This document shows positions 52,358 to 63,157 of a stretch of DNA of 64,000 bases, piece by piece. Source of the DNA: Candidatus Latescibacterota bacterium (GTDB lineage: Bacteria > Latescibacterota > UBA2968). The stretch is from assembly GCA_965208125.1 (NCBI GenBank), contig OZ242320.1, positions 5,440,001 through 5,504,000 of the forward strand. Reading direction: 5' to 3'. The translations under genes were made by a program, and so were the position numbers. The notes beneath the pieces are model-generated. The model did not search any database, was not told the origin of the DNA, and worked only from the letters and a program-made list of their open reading frames with translations. Position 1 is the first letter of the stretch. The number at the start of each line of letters is the position of its first letter.

Positions 52358-53251
52358 ATGAGCATTTCCACGCCACATTCTACCGCAGGTATAAAGTTCC
52401 TTCTCGCCATCGCGCTCTGCGTCCTTGTACCTCATACCGCTTATGGAGGTGCCTGGACACTTCAAAAGGGCCATTTTTGGGGCAAAATTACGACCCTTAT
52501 TACATCGACCTCAGAAAGATATAACGCGGAAGGAAATACAGGTGGATTTGGGCCAGCCGCCGCCGCTGCTGTCTATAAGTCACAGTCAGTGTATCTCGAC
52601 TTTTTTTACGGCATAAACGACCGCGTTGACATCGGCATACAAATCCCCTTTATCAGCAATAAATATGATCACGACAATTTTAATTTTCCGAGTTTTATTG
52701 CTCTGGACGCATCGGGTATTGGAGACGTTCGCGGATTTGCCAAAATCAACCTCGTGCAACAAGATGTTGTGGCAACCCTCAAATTGGGCTTCAAAGCCCC
52801 AACAGGCGCTTATGACGATGGGCAAGACCCCGCAGGTACGTATAAAAATGAGGGCATGTCCGTGGGATCGGGCCAATCGGATATTGACTTGATTCTGCAA
52901 TTGGGCCGGTCTTTCTATCCCGCTCCCGTTTACGCCAATCTCGATCTGGGGTATCGTGTCCGCCTGGAAAACAGTACCAGCGGATTTAACCCTGGTGAAG
53001 AGATAATTTACAATGCTGAAGTCGGTGTCACTCCCACCGACATACTCCTCCTCGCGCTCAAATTAGAAGGCATCGCTGGCGCAGAAGGTAGCAGGGGGAA
53101 TGACGATATAGGCATCACGTATCTTGCCCCCACAGTGTTCATTAATGTGCATCAAAATGTGAGTATTGAAGCCTCGGTGCGCATCCCTGTTGCCGGACGC
53201 AATTTCTTCGGTGGCCGTTTGTGGGGCGTAGGACTTTATTTTGAAAAGTAA
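52358..53251 (+). CDS. Outer-membrane beta-barrel (MetA/phenol-degradation transporter-like), paralog 2
   Basis: Same motifs as paralog 1 (GAWTLQKGH, SGIGD, KAPTG, GSGQSD). Confidence 0.7.
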   Translation: MSISTPHSTAGIKFLLAIALCVLVPHTAYGGAWTLQKGHFWGKITTLITSTSERYNAEGNTGGFGPAAAAAVYKSQSVYLDFFYGINDRVDIGIQIPFISNKYDHDNFNFPSFIALDASGIGDVRGFAKINLVQQDVVATLKLGFKAPTGAYDDGQDPAGTYKNEGMSVGSGQSDIDLILQLGRSFYPAPVYANLDLGYRVRLENSTSGFNPGEEIIYNAEVGVTPTDILLLALKLEGIAGAEGSRGNDDIGITYLAPTVFINVHQNVSIEASVRIPVAGRNFFGGRLWGVGLYFEK

Positions 53252-53277
53252 TCTGTAAATGCACAGCGAATAAATTT

Positions 53278-53311
53278 GAGCGGGTGGAGGTTTTGCCCGC
53301 TCTTCTTTTTT
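53278..53311 (+). terminator. Intrinsic terminator
   Basis: GAGCGGG-TGGAGGTTTTG-CCCGCTC-TTCTTTTTT between convergent genes. Confidence 0.7.
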
Positions 53312-54515
53312 ACAAAATTACATGCTCGCCACCCGTGCTTAAACGCCCGTGATCCCAGGGCGTAATCCAATCTTCGGCAATATCCATTCCAAATCCCGGC
53401 GCATCCGACGGCACCAGATAGCCATCTTTTGGCACGGGCACGCCCGGCATCCGCGCGACTTCTTCCAGGGGCACCCCCACGGGTGTACTCAAATGAAACT
53501 CACACAGAGTACACTCGGGCATCGCATAGCAAAAATGCTGTCCATAAGCCGAATTACAGCCCCCGTGCGGACTGCTCTTAATACCGGCGGCTTCGGCAAT
53601 GTGATGAATTTTCACAGCCTCGGTCATCCCTCCGCACCAGTGCAAATCGGGTTGCACGACATCCACACAGCGATTTTCCACGAGTTGGCGAAACGGAATC
53701 CGCGTGTGGTGATCCTCACCGGTTGCAATGGGAATCCAGGTCATGGCTTTTTTCAATTGAATATGCCCTTCGAGGTCTTCTGGAAATAGTGGCTCTTCCA
53801 TCCACTTCAATTCGTAGGGTCTGAGCCGTTCTCCCAGACGAATGGCAAACTCCACATCGTAAGCCATCACGGGATTAATCATCAACTCGGCATTCACGCC
53901 CACAGTTTCTCGCGCCAGGGCGACCTTTTCCTCCATAATATTTATACCCGTGATACCCTGCTCGTAATGCACGGGATTCGTAATTTTAAACGCCTCAAAT
54001 CCAAGCTCCATCGACCAATCCAGATCATCGCCTGTACAATAACACCGAATTTTCTCGCGAGATGGTCCCCCGAGCAATCTGTAAACGGGCTGATTGAGCA
54101 ACTTCCCCTTCAAATCCCACAGAGCCAGATCAATTGCACTCTGCGCACAGGCGGACAATCCCAGCGACCCGTGCCTTTTGGATGCCCGCCACATCATATC
54201 GTTGAGATGCTCTGTCGCAAAACAATCTCGTCCTTCCAATAGTGGCGCGTAAAAAGCATCGACCAGTGCGGCAACCGGTTCGCCAAATCCCGTTCTACCC
54301 AGGCCCCATGTGCCATCCTCAGCCGTTATTTTGACCCATACGCCCCGCCCGCCAATACCCGGCGACTTGCTCGGCACATCTGGCGGAAACTCCGGATATT
54401 TATTCATCGGCAGACCAATCGGCGATGAATGCCGCCAACTCGAACGGCGCGCGGGTGTTGTCGGTTTCTGTTGCGGAATAGAAACATTCACAGCTTCAAT
54501 GGATTTAATCTTCAT
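53310..54515 (-). CDS. Enolase-superfamily acid-sugar dehydratase (L-rhamnonate dehydratase-like)
   Basis: SAIDLALWDLKGKLLNQPVYRLLGG, WMEEPL, IATGEDHHT, QPDLHWCGG, PSDAPGFG. Confidence 0.85.
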   Translation of the reverse strand: MKIKSIEAVNVSIPQQKPTTPARRSSWRHSSPIGLPMNKYPEFPPDVPSKSPGIGGRGVWVKITAEDGTWGLGRTGFGEPVAALVDAFYAPLLEGRDCFATEHLNDMMWRASKRHGSLGLSACAQSAIDLALWDLKGKLLNQPVYRLLGGPSREKIRCYCTGDDLDWSMELGFEAFKITNPVHYEQGITGINIMEEKVALARETVGVNAELMINPVMAYDVEFAIRLGERLRPYELKWMEEPLFPEDLEGHIQLKKAMTWIPIATGEDHHTRIPFRQLVENRCVDVVQPDLHWCGGMTEAVKIHHIAEAAGIKSSPHGGCNSAYGQHFCYAMPECTLCEFHLSTPVGVPLEEVARMPGVPVPKDGYLVPSDAPGFGMDIAEDWITPWDHGRLSTGGEHVIL

Positions 54516-54527
54516 AACTCCTCCTAT

Positions 54528-55127
54528 TCATGTATTGAGCATATAGCCAAAAATGAGAAATGTAACCCCAGCCCCTACAATACTACCCACCAAAATCTGA
54601 GATACAGAATGAGCCTGTAATACGAACCGCGCCCACGAAACCAGCCCCGCGGGAACAACCGCCCACCAATTACCATAGAGCGCAATTACCACACCACAGG
54701 CAGCCCAAAGCCCCATGGCGTGTAAGCTGATTTTCCACTGCATCGTTATCAAAAGCGCGACAGTGCTCAGAACGGCGACACTGACCATCAGCGCGTATAG
54801 TGTGGGCGGCGAGTGTATCAGATAAAGAATGCCAACACCCATCCAGGAACTCGCCATAAAAAAGAAAAGCGGTCGCAGCCGGTCGCGGCGTTCTGGAATA
54901 AACAACTCGCTGATCTCGCCTTGGCGTCGCATATACAATACCAAGCCCCAGGGTGCAAAAACAGTAAAAAACAATGTGATCAATACACACAATACAATCC
55001 TAGCACCCGATCCAGAGGCCTCAAGAGACACCAGCACAATCACAATCCCCAGCACAAACACGGGATTTAAGACCCGAGAAACACACAGGGCAAACTTCTC
55101 TTTATCAACCATAAGCCTTCCCATCAT
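54528..55127 (-). CDS. PAP2-like integral membrane protein
   Basis: WKISLHA and WARFVLQAHSVSQILVG motifs; multiple TM segments. Confidence 0.75.
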   Translation of the reverse strand: MMGRLMVDKEKFALCVSRVLNPVFVLGIVIVLVSLEASGSGARIVLCVLITLFFTVFAPWGLVLYMRRQGEISELFIPERRDRLRPLFFFMASSWMGVGILYLIHSPPTLYALMVSVAVLSTVALLITMQWKISLHAMGLWAACGVVIALYGNWWAVVPAGLVSWARFVLQAHSVSQILVGSIVGAGVTFLIFGYMLNT

Positions 55128-55274
55128 TTTTACACAAAATAATGAACCCTGTTCAGAAAATCAAAACCCAAGTTTTTGCTCTTGGATACGATACCTTGAC
55201 AACACCTTTGCATTAAACTATTTTGCTGACATTATCCACTGATTTGGTAAAGAGTTAGAAAAGAGGGGCATAAC

Positions 55275-56066
55275 ATGACACCTGAAACAGCCCTGAAAAC
55301 GCGGGAGAACATGCTCCGCGATGGGTACTGCGTCATCGACGACATTTTGACAGACGAGTTTCTCGAAGAACTGCGCGGTGAATCCGAGCGGTTAATCGCC
55401 AATCACTATGAGCGCGAGGAGTTTAGATATCAGGGTCAACACGTGAATGTGCGCGGTGAAGACAATCCGATCATCCAAAAGCTGCTCGAATGGGAACCAT
55501 CGAGGCGGGCGCTCGAACAACTGGGCTTTGGAGATTTCCAAACCGGCGGCGGCATCATCATCCTCACCAAAGAACCCAAAGGACCACCGCTCTACTGGCA
55601 CCAGGACTGGATGCAATGGAACGACCCCATCAGTTGTTCACCATGGCCACAAATCATATTTTTGAACTACTATCTAACCGATACCGCAGTAGAAAACGGC
55701 TGCTTGAAAGTCATCCCCGGCACCCATCTCAAGCGCATACCACTCCACGACCAACTGGTCCCAGCGCACGAACAGGGCGCCCGATTTATAGAAGAAACCC
55801 ATCCCATCATGTTCAGCGACCACCCGGATGAGGTCAACGTACCCGTCTCTGCACGCTCGCTGGTTCTGGGCGATGCCCGCATCCTGCACTCTGCCGGAAG
55901 AAATTACACAGACGAGCGCAGAACCCTGATTCTCGCCTGGCACAGACGCCCCACCATTGACGTACCAGACTACTGGGAAGGAGATATCCCCGAAGTCATA
56001 GCCAACCGCGACCCCGATCAAAAGTACGAGGGATCTCGCCTCCCCGGCAAATACCTCAAACCGTAA
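55275..56066 (+). CDS. Phytanoyl-CoA dioxygenase (PhyH) family protein
   Basis: YWHQD, NGCLKVIPGTH, DARILHS. Confidence 0.9.
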   Translation: MTPETALKTRENMLRDGYCVIDDILTDEFLEELRGESERLIANHYEREEFRYQGQHVNVRGEDNPIIQKLLEWEPSRRALEQLGFGDFQTGGGIIILTKEPKGPPLYWHQDWMQWNDPISCSPWPQIIFLNYYLTDTAVENGCLKVIPGTHLKRIPLHDQLVPAHEQGARFIEETHPIMFSDHPDEVNVPVSARSLVLGDARILHSAGRNYTDERRTLILAWHRRPTIDVPDYWEGDIPEVIANRDPDQKYEGSRLPGKYLKP

Positions 56067-56082
56067 AAGAAAAGGCTAAAAC

Positions 56083-57087
56083 ATGCAAGCCACAGCACTC
56101 ATCACCCATGAGGGGCCCACCTTTGCCTGCGAAAACATAATCCTTCCCGATCCACGCCCCGATCAAATCGCAGTACAAACCCGGTATTCCGGCGTCAGTA
56201 TCGGCACTGAATTTGCCGCCATCACCCGCAAGCTCGACTACGGTCCCTATCCCCTGTGTACGGGCTATCAAGCCGTCGGCACTGTCGAACATGTCGGCAA
56301 AAACGCAACCGGCTTCGCCGTTGGCGACCGCGTCTATTACCGCTGGAACCGCGTCTTCTCCCTCGCTACATCAGGTCAGAAAGTCTCTGCCAGCCAGGGC
56401 GCACACACCTCTGCCACAGTCCTGGACACGCGGGGACCCCGAGCCTTTGTCGCCCACCTGCCCAAAGGTGTCGATGAAGCCGCCGCCAGCTTATTTGTCA
56501 TGCCCGCCGTGGGCCTCAATGGTGTGGATATGGCCAACCCCCGAATGGGCGACCGCGTTGTCGTGTACGGTTGCGGTCTCGTCGGCCTGGGCGTCGTCGC
56601 TGCATGTAGCCACCGGGGCTGTGAAGTCATCGCCATAGATCTGGAAGCCAACCGTCTCGACATCGCGCAAAAACTCGGTGCCGATCACCTCATTCAGGGT
56701 GCGGATGCAAACAAAGCTACCCGCGATATCGCCCCCGACGGTGCCGACGTCGTCTTCGAATGCACGGGCATCCCCACCTGCATCGACCCGGCCATCGCCC
56801 TTTGCCGCACCCATGGCACCTTCATCCTTCAGGGCAACTACGGCCGCCACCCCATTTCTTACAATTTCTTACCGCCCCACGGAAAACGCCTCACCATGTA
56901 CTATCCCTGCAACGATGGCGAAGCCCCCTGCCGCCGCGCTGTCATCAAAAACATGGGCACTGGCGTTCTCCCCTGGCATCACACCATCACCCATGAAGTC
57001 GCATCTTCAGACGCGCCGGGACTTTATCGCGATATCCTCAACGGCGAAGACAAAAACATTATCGGTGCTGTTATTCGGTGGTTCTAA
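56083..57087 (+). CDS. Zinc-binding alcohol dehydrogenase (MDR) family protein
   Basis: SGVSIGTE, GYQAVG, VVYGCGLVG, DVVFECTG. Confidence 0.88.
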   Translation: MQATALITHEGPTFACENIILPDPRPDQIAVQTRYSGVSIGTEFAAITRKLDYGPYPLCTGYQAVGTVEHVGKNATGFAVGDRVYYRWNRVFSLATSGQKVSASQGAHTSATVLDTRGPRAFVAHLPKGVDEAAASLFVMPAVGLNGVDMANPRMGDRVVVYGCGLVGLGVVAACSHRGCEVIAIDLEANRLDIAQKLGADHLIQGADANKATRDIAPDGADVVFECTGIPTCIDPAIALCRTHGTFILQGNYGRHPISYNFLPPHGKRLTMYYPCNDGEAPCRRAVIKNMGTGVLPWHHTITHEVASSDAPGLYRDILNGEDKNIIGAVIRWF

Positions 57088-57103
57088 AAAAGGAGCAATC
57101 ACA

Positions 57104-58156
57104 ATGGACAACTTAAAAGTTGGAATTATCGGTCTGGGCGGCATTGCCCGGTCTCACTGCGATGCCATTGAAACTCTGGACAACGTCGAAATCGTCGCTG
57201 TTGCCGACCTCATTGAGGAAAAGCGCCGCGAATACATGGGCAAATACGACATTCCCAAAAGCTATCCCTCCCACACCGACCTCTTGAAAGACCCCGAAAT
57301 CGACGCTGTCGCCATCACCCTGGGCCACCAACTCCACCAGCGCCTCACCGTTGACGCCTGCAATGCAGGCAAACACGTCCTGGTGGAAAAACCCATGGCC
57401 ATCAGCCTGGAACAATGCGACAACATGGTCACAGCCGCAGCCGATAATGGAGTCAAACTAATGGTCGGCTTGACGCAACACTACTACGGCACCAGCATTA
57501 AAGCAAAAGAAATACTGGACTCTGGTGCACTGGGCCCCATCATCACCGCCGTGTGTTACATGTCCAAAAACTGGAGCTACGCCGGTCGCCGCCCGCAGTA
57601 CCGCAGCCGCTACCACGGCGGGGGCATGTGGTTGACCAATGGCGTACACGTAGTAGATCGGCTCACCTGGATGATAGGCTCACAGGCCGTATCCGTCTCC
57701 GCCGCCATTGGAACCCGCGCCCACTATCAGGCTGCTGATGACTCTGCCACGGCCTTCGTCCGCTATAAAAACGGCCTGGCAGGCATTGCCGTAGCCGTTG
57801 GATTTGCAGATGGTGCGCCCGACCACGAATGTCAGGTCATCTGTGCAAATGGCACACTGCGCTTTTCCGAACACGGTGGAAAATATGTCAAAGTTGGCAA
57901 AAACGATCAGTGGGAAAACGTCCCCTTCGATGAGCCGCCCTCGACCATGCACAACGAGTGGAAAGCCTTTGCCGAAGCCATTGCCCTGGACATTGAACCC
58001 CCCACCCACGGGGAATGGGCGCGCCACATTATGGAAATTTTATTCGCCGCCGAACAATCTGCCATCACCGGCCGAGAAGTCGCATTGGAAAGCGGACCGG
58101 GCTGGTTCAACCAGCGCTCTGGCTCGCCCGTGACAACGCAACACGGCTGGATATGA
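57104..58156 (+). CDS. Gfo/Idh/MocA family oxidoreductase
   Basis: ATG after AGGAG; VGIIGLGGIA, AGKHVLVEKPMA, GGGMWLTNGVHVVD. Confidence 0.92.
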   Translation: MDNLKVGIIGLGGIARSHCDAIETLDNVEIVAVADLIEEKRREYMGKYDIPKSYPSHTDLLKDPEIDAVAITLGHQLHQRLTVDACNAGKHVLVEKPMAISLEQCDNMVTAAADNGVKLMVGLTQHYYGTSIKAKEILDSGALGPIITAVCYMSKNWSYAGRRPQYRSRYHGGGMWLTNGVHVVDRLTWMIGSQAVSVSAAIGTRAHYQAADDSATAFVRYKNGLAGIAVAVGFADGAPDHECQVICANGTLRFSEHGGKYVKVGKNDQWENVPFDEPPSTMHNEWKAFAEAIALDIEPPTHGEWARHIMEILFAAEQSAITGREVALESGPGWFNQRSGSPVTTQHGWI

Positions 58157-59247
58157 AAATTTTATTTGTCGCGCAATATGGCCCTCTGGCTGCCAGCAGC
58201 CGCACGCGGATTTTTGATTATTTGCCCCTGTTGCGTCGGGCGGGTGTCACCTGTGATGTCAAAGTCGTGACCCCCGATGATCTGATCAAACGCAATACCA
58301 GAAGTATTTTTTCACGTCTTCTGTACTATGTACTGTCCTATTTTCGCGCCTTATGGACGGGATGGGTTTGCGTGTTTACAGCACCGCAATACGACGCCAT
58401 ACTGATTCAAAAAGTATTATTTTCCTTTCCCATACCGCGCCTGTTGCGCCGATACAGGCACAAAATATTCTTCGATTTCGACGACGCTATTTTTACACTT
58501 GAAAACCCCAACGCCGGATGGGTTAATCGGTTGCGAACCCGGCGGCGTGCAATGGGCGTACCCGCGATGTTGCAAACAGCACACTGCGCGATTGTAGAAA
58601 ATGCCTACACCGCTGAATTTGCAGCCCGTTATTGTCCTCGTGTTTCGCAAATCACGGGGCCTATTGATACCGCGCGTTATATACCCACACAAAAAACTGA
58701 GGATAAGAAAATCGCATTGGGATGGATTGGGAGCCAGTGGACAACGCGGTATCTGGACATGATTCGAGACCCATTGGCCGCCCTCGCACGACAATATCCC
58801 AATTTAGAGTTGCGTTTGATTGGCGCGGGTGAGTTTGATGTACCCAATCTGCAAATTGCGCGCCTGGACTGGACACTGAAAACCGAAGTTGGTTATTTGC
58901 AGACATTTGACATTGGCCTGATGCCCCTACCCGACGATCCTTTTACGCGGGGCAAAGGGGGGTACAAATTGCTGCAATACATGGCCTGCGGATTGCCCGT
59001 AGTGGCGAGTCCTGTCGAAATCAACTGCGAAATCGTCACCCATGGAAAAACCGGATTTTTGGCAGAGACAGACGCCGAGTGGATCGAATTTTTGGGTACA
59101 TTAATCGAAAATAAAACCCTGCGCAATCGCCTGGGGGCTGCTGGTCGCGCCCATGTAATTGCGCATTACGCACTCGAAAAAAGCAGCGAACAACTACTCG
59201 CCCTTCTGCAGCGGAGCATACGCCAATGCGACACGCTTTCACAGTAG
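58153..59247 (+). CDS. Glycosyltransferase family 4
   Basis: ASSRTR, FDFDDAIF, GWIGS, DIGLMPL, KGGYKLLQYMACGLPVVASPV. Confidence 0.9.
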   Translation: MKILFVAQYGPLAASSRTRIFDYLPLLRRAGVTCDVKVVTPDDLIKRNTRSIFSRLLYYVLSYFRALWTGWVCVFTAPQYDAILIQKVLFSFPIPRLLRRYRHKIFFDFDDAIFTLENPNAGWVNRLRTRRRAMGVPAMLQTAHCAIVENAYTAEFAARYCPRVSQITGPIDTARYIPTQKTEDKKIALGWIGSQWTTRYLDMIRDPLAALARQYPNLELRLIGAGEFDVPNLQIARLDWTLKTEVGYLQTFDIGLMPLPDDPFTRGKGGYKLLQYMACGLPVVASPVEINCEIVTHGKTGFLAETDAEWIEFLGTLIENKTLRNRLGAAGRAHVIAHYALEKSSEQLLALLQRSIRQCDTLSQ

Positions 59248-60053
59248 ATGTCGAAGATTGGTATCAGGGCATACCGATCTCCAATCAAATGTCCGCTCAA
59301 AGCGAGCCGCGCCTTGAGAAAAGTTGCCATCACTTGCTCGATATAATGGCAGAATACGATGTTCGCGGCACATTCTTTATCCTGGGACCCGCGGCACAAC
59401 AGTATCCCAATCTGATACGTCGCATAGCCAGTGAAGAGCACGAATTGGGGTGCCATGGATGGTCTCACGATCTGGTCTATGAAATGACGCCCGAGCGATT
59501 TCAAAAAGAAACACAGCGGGCTTCGGCTGCGATCTCCGATGTAACCGCGCAACCCGTAACCGCCTATCGCGCGGCCTATTTTTCCATTACAGCGCAATCA
59601 TTATGGGCTCTGGATATTTTGGCAGAACTCGGCTTTCAGTGTGATTCGAGTATTTTTCCAGTGCATAACTGGCGTTATGGAATTCCCGATTTTGATTTGG
59701 CTCCCCGTATTGTAAAAACCGCTTCTGGACCAATTTGCGAAATTCCAATATCTGTGCGCCAGATGGGAAAAATGCGATTGCCCGTAACTGGAGGCGCGTA
59801 TTTCAGACTATTTCCCTATTTTTTAAGCCGTGCAAATATGCGGGCCGTGAGCAAACAACAGCGGGCTGTGATCTTTTATCTACATCCCTGGGAACTCGAC
59901 CCCGATCATCCACGGATCGCATTTTACTGGAAGGCGCGTTTGACGCACTACGCCAATTTGAAAGCAACAGAACCTCGATTGAGGCGATTATTGACCGATT
60001 TCTCTTTTTGTCCGCTGCGTGAAATTGCAGTGCAAATAAAAAAAGATGAATGA
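59226..60053 (+). CDS. Polysaccharide deacetylase (DUF3473 type)
   Basis: FTVDVEDWY, TFFILG, HELGCHGWSH, DSSIFPV, GGAYFRL, FYLHPWELDP. Confidence 0.9.
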   Translation: MRHAFTVDVEDWYQGIPISNQMSAQSEPRLEKSCHHLLDIMAEYDVRGTFFILGPAAQQYPNLIRRIASEEHELGCHGWSHDLVYEMTPERFQKETQRASAAISDVTAQPVTAYRAAYFSITAQSLWALDILAELGFQCDSSIFPVHNWRYGIPDFDLAPRIVKTASGPICEIPISVRQMGKMRLPVTGGAYFRLFPYFLSRANMRAVSKQQRAVIFYLHPWELDPDHPRIAFYWKARLTHYANLKATEPRLRRLLTDFSFCPLREIAVQIKKDE

Positions 60054-60232
60054 GATCATCAGAACCCATCTGTGGGAGGTACATTGCATCTCAGGTTTCT
60101 GATTGCCTTTAAGCATTCGAGACCTTATATTTAGATGTTTTGAGCGGGATATTGTGTCCTGTGTTATAAAAAAGTGGGGATGGTATCGGGCGGAAGATAT
60201 GTCCTGCTCAGCAATGGGAAAGGAATAAATAC

Positions 60233-61207
60233 ATGAGGTTTTTGGTTACGGGCGGTGCGGGTTTTATTGGCTCACATCTGGCCGAACGGCTCTTGAAGCA
60301 AGACCACGAAGTTTTTGTTTTAGACGATCTTTCAACCGGAGATCTGGACAATGTGCGACACCTCGAAGGGAATCCGCGGTTTCAAATGAAAGTGGGCACA
60401 GTGCTCGATCCAGAGACACTCAAACCCTTAGTCGAGTGGAGTGATGTCATTTATCATCTCGCGGCGGCTGTGGGGGTAAATTACGTCATCAACCACCCAT
60501 TGCAGTCTTTGACCACAAATATCCGGGGCACCGAACTCCTGTTGGAATTGGCGAACAAAAAGAAGAAACGAGTCCTTTTGGCCTCGACATCTGAGGTTGC
60601 AGGAAAGAAAAACGGCAAAGCGACATTTAGTGAAGACGATGATCGCTTGTTGGGACCAACAACCGTTGCCCGATGGAATTATTCAACCTCTAAAGCCGTC
60701 GGTGAAATGCTGGGATTGGCTTATTGGCGAGAAAAAAAATTGCCCGTAATCATGGTGCGATTTTTCAATGTAATTGGTCCCCGGCAAAGTCCAGAATACG
60801 GCATGGTAGTACCCCGATTTATCAAGCAGGCGTTGTTGGGACATCCCATTACGGTATATAACGATGGTGAACAACGGCGGTGTTTTACCGATATAGAAGA
60901 TGCTTTAGATGGATTGACAGCATTGATGGAACACGATCAAACGCCAGGCGAAATTTTCAATTTGGGCGGCAATCACGAGACCAATGAAATTTGTATCAAG
61001 AGCCTCGCGGAAAAAATCAAAGTGCTGACGGAAAGCGATTCACCTATTGAATTTGTGCCTTATGATAAGGCATTTGCAAAGGGTTCTTACGAAGATCTCA
61101 ATTATCGCGTTCCCGATTTGACCAAGATCAAAAAATTAACGGGGTATAATCCCAAAATCAGTTTGGATACCACATTGCGGCGCATTATTGAATACTACGA
61201 ATCGTGA
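60233..61207 (+). CDS. NAD-dependent nucleotide-sugar epimerase/dehydratase
   Basis: VTGGAGFIGSHL, HLAAAVGV, ASTSEV, YSTSK, RFFNVIGPRQ. Confidence 0.93.
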   Translation: MRFLVTGGAGFIGSHLAERLLKQDHEVFVLDDLSTGDLDNVRHLEGNPRFQMKVGTVLDPETLKPLVEWSDVIYHLAAAVGVNYVINHPLQSLTTNIRGTELLLELANKKKKRVLLASTSEVAGKKNGKATFSEDDDRLLGPTTVARWNYSTSKAVGEMLGLAYWREKKLPVIMVRFFNVIGPRQSPEYGMVVPRFIKQALLGHPITVYNDGEQRRCFTDIEDALDGLTALMEHDQTPGEIFNLGGNHETNEICIKSLAEKIKVLTESDSPIEFVPYDKAFAKGSYEDLNYRVPDLTKIKKLTGYNPKISLDTTLRRIIEYYES

Positions 61208-61279
61208 TATCCGCTTTATTTTTTTATGATAATCGGCGTTTGCATTGCCCATCGGGAGGTGTAAACGCCAATTTTTGTT

Positions 61280-62428
61280 ATGAACCGACGTCCCAAAATA
61301 CTCCATACCATGACCTGGCTTGCACCTGGTGGCGGCGCAGACCGAAATGTGTATCTTTCAATGAAAGGCATGCGAAAGGATTACGAGATCCACCTCGCCG
61401 TTGGGCGGCAAATCGAGCGGGACGATCTGTTAAAACTACACGGAGTAGCCACGCATATATGCCCATATTTAGATCGGGAAATCAGACCCTGGCGCGATTT
61501 TCGCGCGCTGTTATGGTTCATGCGATTGATTCACCGCGAGCGATTTGATCTGATTCACACCCATGAAAGCAAAGCGAGTTTGCTCGGGCGCCTCGCCGCG
61601 CGATTGGTCGGCTGCAAACATATCATCTATGGACTTCACGGCGTGGTTTTTAACGATCCAGTCAACCGCGTCAAACGACAATTCTACATCGCGCTCGAAA
61701 AAATGACAATATGGGCTTGCGATTTGATCATAGCCGTTGGCCGGGATACAATTCGGCACTATCATCAGAAAAATATCGGTCGCAGCATTCCCCATCAGAT
61801 CGTTTATAGCGGCATTGATGTGACAGAGTTTGAACGGCGTCTGAACAACGTAAAAAAAGACGCATTTAGGCGCGACATAGGCATACCTGACGACGCGCCC
61901 GTACTCGTCAATATTGGCCGTTTTTCATCCGCCAAAGCACAACATTATACCATTGAAGCATTTGCCAGATTGCAATGTCCTGGAGCCCGTTTATTATTGG
62001 TAGGGGAAGGACCCGAACGCGCAGCGTGTGAGCGGCTTTGTGCCGAGTTGGAAGTTGAAGACCGTGTCATTTTTGCGGGATTTTTTCAGGATATTACACC
62101 TGCGTATGCAGTTGCCTCGGTGCATGTTCTATCCTCTTTGCGCGAGGGCTTGTCCGGCGTTGCTGTGGAAGCATCCCTCTCGCGGATGCCTACAGTATCG
62201 TTTGAAGTCGAAGGCATACGAGAAATTGTAACACATGGACACTCGGGTTTTGTCGTGCCACAAGGCGATATTGAGGCGATGGTGAGATATTTGGAAAAAC
62301 TGATCGGAGATTCTCAGATGTGTCACACATTTGGAGAGCGTGCATACCAGCACGCGACTGCGCGATGGGATCACCGCGTTATGGTGCGAAAATTGGATGC
62401 AATTTATCGACAAAGGCTCAAAATATGA
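61280..62428 (+). CDS. Glycosyltransferase family 4
   Basis: GGGAD, IHTHESKA, NIGRFSSAK, LSSLREGL. Confidence 0.9.
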   Translation: MNRRPKILHTMTWLAPGGGADRNVYLSMKGMRKDYEIHLAVGRQIERDDLLKLHGVATHICPYLDREIRPWRDFRALLWFMRLIHRERFDLIHTHESKASLLGRLAARLVGCKHIIYGLHGVVFNDPVNRVKRQFYIALEKMTIWACDLIIAVGRDTIRHYHQKNIGRSIPHQIVYSGIDVTEFERRLNNVKKDAFRRDIGIPDDAPVLVNIGRFSSAKAQHYTIEAFARLQCPGARLLLVGEGPERAACERLCAELEVEDRVIFAGFFQDITPAYAVASVHVLSSLREGLSGVAVEASLSRMPTVSFEVEGIREIVTHGHSGFVVPQGDIEAMVRYLEKLIGDSQMCHTFGERAYQHATARWDHRVMVRKLDAIYRQRLKI

Positions 62429-63126
62429 AACCGCGCAAAGTGGGGGACGACTGCACCGGCAGGTCATCAACGCGGGCTGTCGGGCAGTTTTTTGATATTT
62501 ATGCCAAAAATTTTGACGCGATCTACGGGCATACAGAACATCGAAGCGCGCTCGGCAGATGGGTAGATCGCGCATTTCGGCAGGTGATGGTGCGGCGTTT
62601 TGAGGAAACGCTTCGGCAAACGGAAAAACAGGAGATTCATTCTGTATTAGACATCGGGTGTGGCCCGGGACGATACACGGCTGCGTTTGCACTTCAGGGA
62701 AAAGAAGTCCTGGGGATAGACATTGCTGAGGAAATGCTAAAAATCGCCCAGGACAATATCGACGCGCCCAATGTGACCGCAGACTTCATTTTGGGCGATT
62801 ATCTGTCTGTTCGTTTTGATCGGGTATTTGACGCGGCGTGTTTGATGGGATTTTTTGATTATATTGAAGATCCCGTACCGGTTTTGAAAAAATTGGCCGC
62901 AGAAGTGACGGGGGAGTTTTACGCGAGCTTTCCAAAATCGGGCGGTTTTTTGGCGTGGCAGCGCCACATCCGATACCGCCTGCGGAGATGTCCGCTGTGG
63001 TTATACAGCAAACGAGATGTTGAAGACGCACTAATTGCAAGCGGCTTTGCCGGATGCTACAAAATTCGAGATTTTGGACGCGATTGGTATGTGGTCGTCC
63101 AAATACAGCGCACAACTGACATCTAA
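62425..63126 (+). CDS. Class I SAM-dependent methyltransferase
   Basis: VLDIGCGPG, GIDIAEEML, GFFDYI. Confidence 0.88.
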   Translation: MKPRKVGDDCTGRSSTRAVGQFFDIYAKNFDAIYGHTEHRSALGRWVDRAFRQVMVRRFEETLRQTEKQEIHSVLDIGCGPGRYTAAFALQGKEVLGIDIAEEMLKIAQDNIDAPNVTADFILGDYLSVRFDRVFDAACLMGFFDYIEDPVPVLKKLAAEVTGEFYASFPKSGGFLAWQRHIRYRLRRCPLWLYSKRDVEDALIASGFAGCYKIRDFGRDWYVVVQIQRTTDI

Positions 63127-63157
63127 CTCGTGAAAGACCTGAGCCTATTTTTTATCT

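Noticed and set aside
56678-57103. N-terminal extensions in the ORF track (also 217-435, 58015-58152, 62320-62424, 36604-36744)
   Set aside because: They overlap upstream genes; downstream starts with an RBS or translational coupling match the family N-termini.
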